From: an uncultured Chloroflexia bacterium
Lineage (GTDB): Bacteria; Chloroflexota; Limnocylindria; Limnocylindrales; CSP1-4
DNA: 64,000 nucleotides
Direction: 5' to 3'
Assembly (NCBI GenBank): GCA_963840375.1
Contig: CAWIYR010000003.1
Span: 218,299-282,298 of the forward strand
Below are positions 39,943 to 50,100 of the stretch, piece by piece. The translations under genes and the position numbers were made by a program. Position 1 is the stretch's first letter, and each line of letters begins with the position of its first letter. The notes under the pieces were generated by a model that worked only from the letters and a program-made list of their open reading frames with translations, had not been told where the DNA came from and ran no database searches.

Positions 39943-41205
39943 TTGACCTTCGACACCCTCGGCCTCTCGGCCGACATCCTCCGCGCGGTCGCGGAAGAGG
40001 GCTACACGGAGCCCACCCCCATCCAGGAGCGGTCCATCCCGCTCGTCCTCCAGGGCCGCGACATCCTCGCCGCCGCCCAGACCGGGACCGGCAAGACGGC
40101 CGCGTTCACCCTGCCGATCCTGGAGCGCCTGCGGGTCCACGCGAACACGAGCTTCTCGCCGGCCCGCCACCCGGTCCGCGCCCTCATGGTCACGCCCACC
40201 CGCGAGCTCGCGATGCAGATCGCCGAGAGCGTCGGCGCCTATGGACGACACGTCCCGCTCCGCTCGGCGGTCGTCTACGGCGGTATCCCGATCGATCCCC
40301 AGATCAAGGAGCTCCGCTCGGGCGTGGAGATCCTCGTGGCCACCCCGGGGCGACTCATGGACCACGTCGGGCAGCGGACGGTGAACCTGTCGCAGGTCGA
40401 GATCCTGGTCCTCGACGAGGCGGACCGGATGCTCGACATGGGCTTCATCCCCGACATCCGCAAGATCGTCGCGCTCCTCCCGTCGAAGCGCCAGAACCTC
40501 CTCTTCAGCGCGACGTTCTCGGACGAGATCCGACGCCTGGCCCAGGAGTTCCTGCACGACCCCGAGACGGTCGAGGTCGCCGCCCGGAACATCGCGGCGG
40601 AGGGGGTCTCGCAGGTCGTCTACCCGGTCGACCGCGACCGGAAGGAGGACCTCCTCATCCACCTCGTCCGACGCGACAGGATGGAGCAGGTCCTCGTCTT
40701 CACCCGGACGAAGCTCGCCGCCAGCCGGCTCGCCTCGTACCTCGACCGGCGGGGCGTGAACGCGGTCGCCATCCACAGCGATCGGAGCCAGCCCGAGCGG
40801 ACCCGCGCCCTCGAGGACTTCAAGCGCGGGGAGGTCACCTGTCTCGTGGCCACCGACGTCGCCTCGCGCGGGCTCGACATCGAGGAGCTGCCGTACGTCG
40901 TGAACTTCGAGCTCCCGTTCGAGGCCCAGGACTACATCCACCGGATCGGCCGGACCGGTCGGGCCGGCCTGAGCGGCGCCGCGATCTCGCTCGTCTGCAC
41001 CGACGAGGTCGAGCTCCTGCGGGCGATCCAGCGCCTGCTGAAGATGCCCATTCCCTTCCAGATCGTGCCGGGCTTCGAGCCGGACCGGAACATCGTCCCG
41101 CGCCCGATCCGCGGGTTCGGACAGGACGGGGGCGGTGATCGCGGGCATCACGCCCACCACAAGCCGATCCGGGTGCGATCGGGCGGGGGCCGGACCCGGG
41201 GCTGA
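39943..41205 (+). CDS. DEAD-box ATP-dependent RNA helicase (RhlE/DeaD-like)
   Basis: Q-motif (TEPTPIQ), motif [19 protein letters not shown] (VLDEADRM), [13 protein letters not shown]; TTG at 39943 with GGAG 6 nt upstream. Confidence 0.85.
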   Translation: MTFDTLGLSADILRAVAEEGYTEPTPIQERSIPLVLQGRDILAAAQTGTGKTAAFTLPILERLRVHANTSFSPARHPVRALMVTPTRELAMQIAESVGAYGRHVPLRSAVVYGGIPIDPQIKELRSGVEILVATPGRLMDHVGQRTVNLSQVEILVLDEADRMLDMGFIPDIRKIVALLPSKRQNLLFSATFSDEIRRLAQEFLHDPETVEVAARNIAAEGVSQVVYPVDRDRKEDLLIHLVRRDRMEQVLVFTRTKLAASRLASYLDRRGVNAVAIHSDRSQPERTRALEDFKRGEVTCLVATDVASRGLDIEELPYVVNFELPFEAQDYIHRIGRTGRAGLSGAAISLVCTDEVELLRAIQRLLKMPIPFQIVPGFEPDRNIVPRPIRGFGQDGGGDRGHHAHHKPIRVRSGGGRTRG

Positions 41206-41223
41206 CCCGACCGCGTCGGGTCA
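41203..41223. terminator. Hairpin TGACCCGAC-cgc-GTCGGGTCA spanning both stop codons of the convergent helicase and beta-lactamase-family genes
   Basis: 9-bp perfect stem. Confidence 0.4.
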
Positions 41224-42640
41224 GGGAGCCGCTGAGGGCGATGGCGTCGGTGAGGGTGACGCCGTCGGCGGCAGGGCGATCTTCAGCAGGCCGGCGGTGA
41301 GCGGCCGGAGGTCCACGCCGTTCTGGTTCGCGAGCACGGCGATCGCGACCCCGTCGTTCGGGAGGTAGCGCAGCTCGCCGCGCGTGCCGAGGAGCCGGCC
41401 GCTGTGACCCAGGGCCCGGTGCCCGCCGATCTTCGTGACCTGGACCCCGAGACCGTAGGGCACGAACGGGTGGAAGCGGGCGGTCTTCCGGGCGTCGGCC
41501 ACCGCGGCGGCGAGGGTGGCCGGCTCGAGCACCCGCCCGCCGTAGAGCGCCCGGGCCCACGCCGCGAGGTCGGCCGTCGTCGCGGCGAGGTCGCCGGCCG
41601 AGCCGGCCGCGGTGACGACCGAGGTGAACGGCGCGATGTTCCCGGCCTTGTCGGCGAGCGGGATCGGTCGGGCCGCGGCCGACGGACTGTTGAAGTAGTA
41701 GCCGACCGAGAGCGGGCCCCGTGGCCGCTCGTCGACCTGCACGAACGTATGGCGCAGGCCGAGCGGGTCGAGCAGCTCCTGGCGGACCTGGCTCGCGAAC
41801 GATCCGGGTCCGACCTGTTCGGCGATGAGCCCGAGGAGCAGGTAGTTCGTGTTCGAGTAGTGCCAGCCCTTGCCCGGCGCGAACAGCTGGCGGCCCGACG
41901 TAGCCGAGCGCCTGGGCCGCTGTCCAGGTCGCCCCGCGGTCGGCCAGGAGCGCCTTGTCGACACCCTTGCCGAAGAAGAAGTCGGCCAGCCCGCTGGTGT
42001 GGTCCAGGAGCATCCGGACCGTGACCGCCTTGGGGATCCGGCGACCCGGCTTGCCGATCCGGACGTCCGGCAGGAGGTTCACCACCGGCGTGTCGAGCTG
42101 GACCCGGCCCTCTTCGACGAGCTTCAGGACGAGGGCCGCGGTGAACGTCTTGCTCATGCTCGCGATCGAGAAGGCCGTGTCCGCGGTCACCGCCCGTCGG
42201 GCTGCGACGTCGGCGAACCCGGTGCTGCCGGTCCAGTGGCGCCCGTCCGGCCAGGTGATCGTGACGCTCGCGCCCGGAAGGCGGTAGCGCTTCGCGTACC
42301 GGTCCAGCGAACGCTGGAGCCGGGCCGCCAGGGCCGGGTCGACGGCGGTCGGCGACCCGCCGGGTGACGACGACGCCCCGGGCGTCGCACTCGGCAGTGG
42401 GCTCGCGGTCGGGACGACGACCGCCGACGGCGCGGCCGAGCGGCTGGCGGCGGGCGAGCGGCCCGGTGAGAGCGACGGTCCTGACGTCCCCGCCGTGCTC
42501 GCTCCGAGGCCGTCGCTCGTCGGGGAGGCCGCCGCGCTCGGAGCGACCGGGCCGCCGGTCGAGGACCCGATGAGCGCGGCGATGCCGACGGCCGCCAGGA
42601 CGAGGGCGAGGATCGGCGCGACGATCGACCGGCGAAGCAC
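41221..42640 (-). CDS. Serine hydrolase of the beta-lactamase / penicillin-binding (class C-like) family, secreted; frameshift near 41900-41960
   Basis: GTG at 42640 preceded closely by TATAGT (possibly leaderless). Signal/TM segment, then an Ala/Ser/Pro linker, then SMSKTF (SxxK) in one frame; YSNTNY (YxN) and the remainder in the second frame. Confidence 0.7.
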
Positions 42641-42681
42641 AGGCGGACTATACGGCGCGCGGACCGAACGACCCGCCGGCG

Positions 42682-43182
42682 TCAGCCGACGCGGGCGATC
42701 CGCGCGATACGGGCCCCGGTGAGCCGGACGAGGTCGTCCCCGCGCAGCTCGATGTCGAGGCCCCGCCGGCCACCGCTGACGAGGATCGTGTCGGCCGCGA
42801 TGGCGCGCTCGTCGACGACGGTCGGCAGCCGGCGCCGCTGGCCGAGCGGACTGATCCCGCCGACGACATAGCCGGTCGCCCGCTCTGCCTCGGCCGGGTC
42901 GGCCATCGTCGCCCGGCGACCGTCGAGCGCCGCTGCGAGCGCCTTGAGATCGAGCTCGCGGTCGACCGGTACGACACCGACCGCGAGACGGGTCTCGTCG
43001 ATCCGGGCCAGGAGGGTCTTGAAGACGCGGCCCGGCTCCACGCCGAGCGCCTCGGCCGCCTCGAGGCCCCACGACCCTCGATGGGTGCCGGCTGGCCGGT
43101 CCTCGGGCACGTACTCCCGGACCGTGAAGGTGACGCCCGCCCGACGCAGCGCATCGACGGCCGGTGTCCCCCGGCCGCTCAT
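42682..43182 (-). CDS. Cys-tRNA(Pro)/Cys-tRNA(Cys) deacylase YbaK-like
   Basis: MSGRGTPAVDALRRAGVTFTVREY...VVGGISPLGQRRRLPTVVD... ; ATG at 43182. Confidence 0.8.
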   Translation of the reverse strand: MSGRGTPAVDALRRAGVTFTVREYVPEDRPAGTHRGSWGLEAAEALGVEPGRVFKTLLARIDETRLAVGVVPVDRELDLKALAAALDGRRATMADPAEAERATGYVVGGISPLGQRRRLPTVVDERAIAADTILVSGGRRGLDIELRGDDLVRLTGARIARIARVG

Positions 43183-43429
43183 CGGCTCGCCCTCATCCCG
43201 GCATCTTGCCAGCCAGGACCGCGCCCCGTTGGTTCGGCTTCCCTTGCCATCCCCGGTCAACGTCCGATCCGCGAGACGGTCCTGCTGGCGGGGATCGTCG
43301 CGGGCGCTCCGCTCTCGGGGCGACGGCCCCCTTCCGGGGCCGGCCGCGGCACCAACCGTCCGACCGGTACACTGAGGTCCAGGGAGTGGCGCCGAGCGCC
43401 GGAGCGCGATCCACAGGAGGGACTCGAAC

Positions 43430-44089
43430 GTGGACACGAAGAAGCTGCTGGCCGAGCTCATCGGGACGTTCACATTCTTCATGATCGCCTTCATGGCCGT
43501 CGTGGCGCAGAAGACCTTCTCGTCGACCGGCGACCTGCCGGTGATCGCGTTCGGCTTCGGCTTCGGCCTCCTGGCGGCGATCCAGATCTTCGGGGCGGTC
43601 TCGGGCGGCCACTTCAACCCGGCGGTGACCACGGCTGCGGTCCTCGACCGGCGGATGGACCCGGCGACCGGGGTGGGTTATGTCGCCTCCCAGCTCATCG
43701 GAGGGATCGCCGCCGCGGTCGTGGTCGCGATCGTGTTCGGGACCGAGACGGTAAAGGGCATCGAGACGCTGCCTCAGAATGGTGTCAGCGACATCCAGGC
43801 CCTGCTGCTCGAGACGATCTTCACTGCGTTCTTCGTGCTGGTCATCCTGGTCTCCACGAAGAAGGCTCCGACCCTGGCCGCCATCGTCATCCCGCTCACC
43901 CTGGTCGCGATGCATCTCGCCCTGGTGCCGTTCACCGGTACCTCGGTGAACCCCGCCCGGTCGATCGCACCGGCCGTGATCGGCGGCGACCTGACGGCGC
44001 TGTGGGTCTACATCGTGGGTCCGACCCTCGGCGCGATCATCGGCTGGGCGGTCTACAAGTACGCCACCGGCGAGCCGTCCGCTGCCTGA
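43430..44089 (+). CDS. Aquaporin / MIP-family channel
   Basis: Two NPA boxes (GGHFNPAVT, SVNPARS), six TM segments; GTG start with GGAGGG 8 nt upstream. Confidence 0.9.
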   Translation: MDTKKLLAELIGTFTFFMIAFMAVVAQKTFSSTGDLPVIAFGFGFGLLAAIQIFGAVSGGHFNPAVTTAAVLDRRMDPATGVGYVASQLIGGIAAAVVVAIVFGTETVKGIETLPQNGVSDIQALLLETIFTAFFVLVILVSTKKAPTLAAIVIPLTLVAMHLALVPFTGTSVNPARSIAPAVIGGDLTALWVYIVGPTLGAIIGWAVYKYATGEPSAA

Positions 44090-44576
44090 CGACGAGCCGA
44101 CACCGGGCGGGTCGGGCCCCGGCGCTGCGGCCCTCCTCCGCTCGGTCGGCCTGCTGGCCGATGGTCCGGCGGTCTGGGGCGCGGCCGTCCGCTCGAACCG
44201 GCCTGGCGTCTACATCGTCGAGCTGCCGGAGCCGACGGCCACGGCGCCGATCGACTTCAACGCCGTCGGCCGCTGGATCGAGCGGGTCCCGACGCTGACC
44301 CTGGACGGGAGCCAGCCTACGGGCCGCGAGCTCGCGGCCCGTCTCCGGTCCTTCTGGCTGGCGGACCAGCCGATCCTGTACATCGGCACCTCGGGCGTCT
44401 CGATCGGAGCCCGGATCTCCGCCTCCCTGCGGACGCCGCTGGGCGACCGCCGACCGTACTCGGGCGGGCACTGGCTCCGGACGCTCAGCGGCCTCGACCG
44501 CCTGCGGATCTGGTGGGCCGAGACCGACGCCGTCGAGGAGTACGAGGACGCCCTCCTCGACGCATTCGCCGGGGCC

Positions 44577-45455
44577 GTGCCGGAGCCGGCGGCAGCGGCA
44601 CTCCACGACCGGGCGGTGATCCTTCCGTACGCCAACCTCCAGGCCGCCGACGGCACGCGCAAGGCTCACGGCATCGCCGGGTCGCTGCTCACCGACGAGT
44701 CCGCTGGGCCGGTGACCGACGCCGAGCGCCGGGCGGCGGCCGGCCGGGCCCAGACCGCCCGGGCAGCCGGGCAGCCGGCCGGGCGAGCCGCCACCGGCGG
44801 GCGGTCCGATCCGACCCGGAACACGGGGGTCCTCCGATCACGCTCGGTCCTCACGGCGAGCGGCCGACCGGCAGCACCGCGGAGTCCGCGGGCGGCGGGC
44901 GCCGGAACGTCCGCGTCGAGCCGGGAGACAGGCGGCGCCGGCCGGCAGACGGGTGTCCCGACCGCGGCGCCGACGATCGGCTCGAAGGCGCCAAAGGCGC
45001 CGACCCGACTCTCCGAGGACGGGCTCGCCGCGCTCCGGGCCGAGCTGGACGAGCTGACGAACGTGACCCGCCCGGCGATCGTCGCCCGGATCGCCGCCGC
45101 GCGCGAGCTCGGCGACCTCAAGGAGAACTCGGACTACCACGAGGCTCGGCGCGAGCAGTCGTTCGCCGAGGGCCGGGTCCGGGCCATCGAGGAGCTCCTC
45201 CGGAACGTCGAGATCATCGAGGAGGGGGCCGACGGAGGCCGGGCGCGGCTGGGCTCCACGGTCGCCGTCCTGGGCCCGGACGAGGAGGAGGAGACCTACA
45301 CGCTGGTCGGGTCGAGCGAGGCGAACGCCGCGGCCGGTCGGATCTCCGCCGAGTCCCCGATCGGGGCCGCACTCATGAACGCTGCGGCCGGCGACGAGGT
45401 CGAGGTCATCATCCCGGCCGGACGCCTCCGCTATCGGGTGGTCGAGGTCCGCTGA
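44577..45455 (+). CDS. GreA-domain transcription elongation factor-like protein; the reading frame is open and coding-like upstream to about 44100 (extra N-terminal domain) with no canonical in-frame start codon
   Basis: Complete GreA N-terminal coiled coil and C-terminal domain (ELDELTNVTRPAIVARIAAARELGDLKENSDYHEARREQSF...GSTVAVLGPDEEEETYTLVGSSEANAAAGRISAESPIGAALMNAAAGDEVEV). The first in-frame ATG/GTG/TTG after the stop at 43992 is the GTG at 44577, yet 44100-44576 has strong GC3 bias and a domain-like sequence. Confidence 0.6.
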   Translation: MPEPAAAALHDRAVILPYANLQAADGTRKAHGIAGSLLTDESAGPVTDAERRAAAGRAQTARAAGQPAGRAATGGRSDPTRNTGVLRSRSVLTASGRPAAPRSPRAAGAGTSASSRETGGAGRQTGVPTAAPTIGSKAPKAPTRLSEDGLAALRAELDELTNVTRPAIVARIAAARELGDLKENSDYHEARREQSFAEGRVRAIEELLRNVEIIEEGADGGRARLGSTVAVLGPDEEEETYTLVGSSEANAAAGRISAESPIGAALMNAAAGDEVEVIIPAGRLRYRVVEVR

Positions 45456-45468
45456 CGCCGGACGCGAC

Positions 45469-45496
45469 GAGACCCCGACCCGAGGGCCGGGGTCTC
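45469..45496. terminator. Hairpin GAGACCCCG-(10 nt)-CGGGGTCTC between convergent genes
   Basis: 9-bp perfect stem directly after the GreA-like stop. Confidence 0.4.
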
Positions 45497-45554
45497 ACGC
45501 CGGAGGAGGAGCGGATCGCCCGAGGGCCCGGCCCGAGGGCCGGTCACGGTCCGT

Positions 45555-45716
45555 TCAGGCCGCGACGGCGTGCCGGACCGGGATGAGGCGGTCGATCCAG
45601 CGCCCGCGCTGGCGCGAGCTGCGCTCGACCGTCATGCTCCGCCGCTCGATGGTCGCGTCGCGGAGCATCTCCTGCTGGCGACGGGTGACCTCGATGAAGC
45701 GTTCGACGTGGTTCAC
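45555..45716 (-). CDS. Small hypothetical protein (53 aa)
   Basis: GTG at 45716 preceded by a very strong SD (GGAGGAAGGAGG, 5-nt spacer). Confidence 0.4.
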   Translation of the reverse strand: MNHVERFIEVTRRQQEMLRDATIERRSMTVERSSRQRGRWIDRLIPVRHAVAA

Positions 45717-45873
45717 TGGGACCTCCTTCCTCCCGGTCCGCCGACCTGGCGTCCCTGGGGCTGAGGTCACTATCGCCGCGCGGGGCTCCGGCTTCGAGGG
45801 TCGTTCGTCGAGCCGGGGGGTCGAGGTTCGCGGGCCGCGACGATGGACATTCGTCGACGGCGGCACGACCGGA

Positions 45874-46518
45874 TCAGACGAGCTTGTGCTCGACAGCGTA
45901 GAGGGCGGCCTGGGTCCGGCTCGTCAGGCCGAGCTTGCCGAGGATGTTGCTCACGTACGTCCTGGCCGTGCCCTCGGCGATCCCCAGCTCGTAGGCGATC
46001 TCCTTGTTGCTGAGACCGCGGGCCACGAGCCGGAGGACGTCGCGCTCGCGCTCGGTGAGCGGCTCGACGGGGTCCGGGGCCGGCTTCGCCCGCATCTTCT
46101 GGGCGAGCAGCCGGGCGACCTGCGGATCGAGGGTCATCTCGCCGGCCGCGGCTGCCCGGACCGCTGCGGCGACCTCCTCGGCAGACGCGTCCTTGAGCAG
46201 GTAGCCGGTGGCGCCCGCCTCGAGCGCGGCGGTGACCTTCTCCTCTTCGATGAAGCTCGTCATCGCGACGACCTCGATCTCGGGGTGCTCGTCCTTGATC
46301 CGGGCGATCGCGGTGACGCCGTCCATGTTCGGCATCAGGAGGTCCATCAGCACGACATCGGGCAGGAGCCGGCGGGCCATCGCCACGCCCTCGCTGCCGT
46401 CGCCGGCCTCGCCGACGACCTCGATATCGTCCTGGAGGTCGAAGAAGAGGCGCAGGCCGCTGCGGACGACCGCGTGGTCGTCCACGAGCAGGATGCGGAT
46501 CCGGACGGGTTCGTTCAC
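45874..46518 (-). CDS. Two-component response regulator, NarL/FixJ (LuxR HTH) family
   Basis: IRILLVDDHAVVRSGL...DVVLMDLLMPNMDG... REC domain plus LuxR HTH (LTERERDVLRLVARGLSNKEIAYELGIAEGTARTYVSNIL). Confidence 0.9.
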   Translation of the reverse strand: MNEPVRIRILLVDDHAVVRSGLRLFFDLQDDIEVVGEAGDGSEGVAMARRLLPDVVLMDLLMPNMDGVTAIARIKDEHPEIEVVAMTSFIEEEKVTAALEAGATGYLLKDASAEEVAAAVRAAAAGEMTLDPQVARLLAQKMRAKPAPDPVEPLTERERDVLRLVARGLSNKEIAYELGIAEGTARTYVSNILGKLGLTSRTQAALYAVEHKLV

Positions 46519-46555
46519 GGACGGACTCCCGGTGGTGGGAACGGCGATATCGAGT

Positions 46556-47017
46556 CTACTGCAGGCCCCGCCGGCCGGGCCCGGCGACCGCGTCCGGGTC
46601 CGGGCGTTCGCGACCGGCCGTCTCGATCGCGGCGATGAGCTCGCCCGGGCCGATCGTCTTCGGCAGGTAGCGATCGGCGCCGGCGTCGAGGGTCAGCGAC
46701 TCGAGCGAGTCCGACCAGGTCAGGACGACGATCCGGGTCCCCGGCCAGCGGGTCCGGACGAGCCCGACGAGCCCGAGTCCGGCGTCGATATCGGGCAGCT
46801 TCGGGTCGATCACGAGGACGTCGGCCGGGGTCGACTCGAGGGCCGCGAGGGCCGCGGCGACGTGGCCGACCGAGGCGCTGAGCTCGAGGCCGTCGGCGAG
46901 CCCGACGAGCGCCGCGATGGCGGCGCGGACCCGGCGGTCGCCGTCGACGACGACGACGCGGACCGGGGGAAGGGCGAGCGAGGCCGGGGCGGCGGGAGGC
47001 GACAGTGGTTCGAGCAT
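46556..47017 (-). CDS. Stand-alone response-regulator receiver (REC) domain protein
   Basis: VRVVVVDGDRRVR...DVLVIDPKLPDIDG...; start at 47017 (or 47083). Confidence 0.7.
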   Translation of the reverse strand: MLEPLSPPAAPASLALPPVRVVVVDGDRRVRAAIAALVGLADGLELSASVGHVAAALAALESTPADVLVIDPKLPDIDAGLGLVGLVRTRWPGTRIVVLTWSDSLESLTLDAGADRYLPKTIGPGELIAAIETAGRERPDPDAVAGPGRRGLQ

Positions 47018-47123
47018 GACTCGATCTTCGTCGGTCACGAGCGCCCCCGCCCATCGCCTGAGGGCGGGATCCGACCTCCACATCCGTCATGGTCGGTCAC
47101 CGCAGGTGGTCGGTCCGCGACCG

Positions 47124-50100
47124 TCATCCGGACGTCACTTCGGTCTCGGTCGGCAGGATCGCCCGGACGATGGTCCCGCGCCCGGGCGCGGCCTCGACCT
47201 CCAACCGGCCGCCGGCGCGCTCGGCCCGGACGCGCATCCCGTCGAGGCCAAGGTGGCCGGACCCGACGGACGTCGGATCGAAGCCCGACCCGTCGTCCTC
47301 GACGCTGAGCTCCACCGCTCCGTCGGAGCGGGCGATGGTCAGTCGGGCCCGGGTCGCGCCGGCGTGCTTGACCACGTTGTGGAGCGCCTCCTGGCCGATC
47401 CGATAGAGGACATCCTCGGTCTGGAGGGGGAGCCGGTCGGTCGGATCGAGACAGTCGACGACGATCGAGAGGCCGGTCCGGCCCTCGACGGCGGCGGCGT
47501 GGGTCCGCAACGCCTGGGCGAGCCCATCGCGCTCGAGGCTCCCGGGTCGGAGCTCGAAGATGAGCGCCCGCATCTCGGCCAGGGCGTCACGCTGCAGCTC
47601 GCGGAGCGTCTCGAGCCGCGCGACGGCGGCGACCGGGTCGCGCTCGACGAGGATCTCCACGCTGCGGGTGATGAGGGTCATGCTGAAGAGGGCCTGGGTG
47701 ACGGAGTCGTGGAGCTCCCGGGCGAGGTGGGCACGCTCCTCGCCGGCGGCGATCTCGGCGGCCTGGCGACGGAGCTCCAGCTCGAGCCGGTTCCGGTCGC
47801 GGACGTCGCGGGTGGATCCGTGGACGCCCACCAGGCGCCCGTCGACGACGACCCCGACCGCGGTGATCTCGGTCGGGACCACGGTCCCGTCGGACCGGAC
47901 GAGGTCGAGCGGGACCAACTGCCGCTGGGTCGGCTGGGCGAGGATCCGGGTCCAGCGGTCCATCGCCCGCGGGATCGACACCGGGGCCACGACCGTCGCG
48001 AAGTGACGACCGACGAGCTCGTCGGGGGTCAGCCCGAGGAGCTCCCGGGAGGCCTCGCTGATGAAGGTGAAGACGCCGTCCGGTGAGGCCGACCAGATGA
48101 GATCCGGCGAGGTCGTGGCCAGGCGACGGTGGCGCTCCTCCGACGCCTCGAGACGCCCCCAGAGGCGGGCGCTGGCGAGGGCCAGGGCCGCCTGGCCGGC
48201 GAACGCCTCGAGGATGGCGATCTCGTCGGGTCCGAACGCGTCCGGCCGCTCGGAGAACACCTCGAGGGCCCCGAGCACCTCGTCCTCACCGAGGAGGGGC
48301 GCGGCGACGAGCGAGCGGATCCCGGCCCGACGGATGAAGTCGTCGGCCTCGGCCTCGTGCTCGATCGACTCGTCGGCGAGGTAGTCGCCGGTGACGATGA
48401 CCCGCCGCTCGGCGACCGCCCGGCCGGAGATCCCCTGGCCGACCGGCAGCTCCTGCTCCCGGACCCGCTCCCCGCCGACCCGCTGGGACAGGCCCGCGTC
48501 GTAGGTCGTGCGCAGCGTGCCTCGCTCGGCGACCACCAGGTCGAGGAGCGCCCCGTGGCCGCGCAGGATCCGGATCGCCTCGTCGACGACGAGGTGGAGG
48601 ACCGTCTCCGGGTCGCGGGTGCCCACGAGGCTGGTGGCGATCTCGCGCAGGGCATGCTCCATGTCGGCGCGTCGGGCGACGTCGGCCGCCGACCGGTTGA
48701 GCCGCTCGATGAGGCCGGCGTTCGTCACGGCGATCGTGGCCAGGTCGGCGATCGTCCCGATGATCCGCAGCTCGTCCGGTCCGAAGGCGTCGCGTCGCAG
48801 CGCGTGGACGTTGAGGACCCCGACCGGGCCGGCATCGGTCGCGAGCGGAGCCGCCATGACCGAGTGGATCCCCTCGCTCGCGATGAAGGCATCGCGGGAG
48901 GGCTCATGGTTGAAGCTCGGATCGGTGAGGTAGTCGCCGGTCGCGATCGGCCGACCCTCGGCGAGAGCCCGGCCGGAGATCCCGACCCCGACCGCGGTCT
49001 CGACATCCATGAGCGCCGGCGCGTTCACGTCGTTCTGGGCGACCCCGACCGCGAACCAGAAGCCGCTCCCGGACCCGACCGGGGTGAGCAGGTCGATCGT
49101 GGCGCCCTCGGCGTCGAGCAGCCGGCCGGCCTCCGCGGCGGCCTGCTCGAGGATCGTCGCCGGGTCGTGCAGGGCGGTGATCCGGGCGGCGATCTCGCGC
49201 AAGGCTCGTTCCGTCTCGGCCCGGCGGGCCACGTCTTGACGGGAACCATCGAGCGCCTCGATGAGCCGCGCGGTCGCGATCGCCACCGAGACCTGGGTCG
49301 CCAGGGCATCGAGCAGCTCGGCGTCGAAGGCGTCGAAGGCGTCGGGGGTCGACGAGCCGACCGACAGGACCCCGATGGTCCCGTCCTCACCCGAGAGCGG
49401 CACCGACAGGACCGAGCGCAGCCCGACGGCCGCGACGTAGACGTCCTCGGCGGCATCGTGCTCGAAGCCGGTGTCGAGGAGGTAGTCGCCGGTCGAGTAC
49501 CGCTCACCGGTGGCCACGACCCGGCCGCCGACCCCGGTGCCCGCCGGCCGCCCGGCCCCGGCCCTTCGGTCGGGCGGGGTCCGCCGGTCGCGTGACGACA
49601 TGTAGGCGACCCGGAGCTGATCGGTCGCGGCGTCGATGAGCTCGATCCGGGCCTGATCGGCACGGAGGAGCCGGACCGACTCGTCGACGGCGTGCTGGAT
49701 GACCTCGGCCGGCGCCCGGATCGATGAGATCCGGGCGGCGATCTCGCGCAGGGACCGCTCCGCGTCGGCCCGCCGGGCGACCTCACCCCGGGATCGATCG
49801 AGGGCCTCGATGAGGCGGGCGTTCGTCAGGGCGATCGCGGCGTGGTTGGCGATCGACTCGAGGACCCCGGCGTCGGCCTCGTCGAAGGCGGACGACCGGG
49901 TGGAGAAGACCGTGAGCGCACCGAACGGCCCATCCTCGCCGACGAGGGGGGCGGCCATGACCGACCGGATCGCCTGGTTCCGGATGTAGACGTCCGATCC
50001 GGAGCCGTGCCGGAACCGGTCGTCGGCCAGGTAGTCGCCGGTGAAGAACGTCCGGTTCTGGGCGACGGCCAGACCCGAGACCCCGGTGTCGAGCGTCTCG

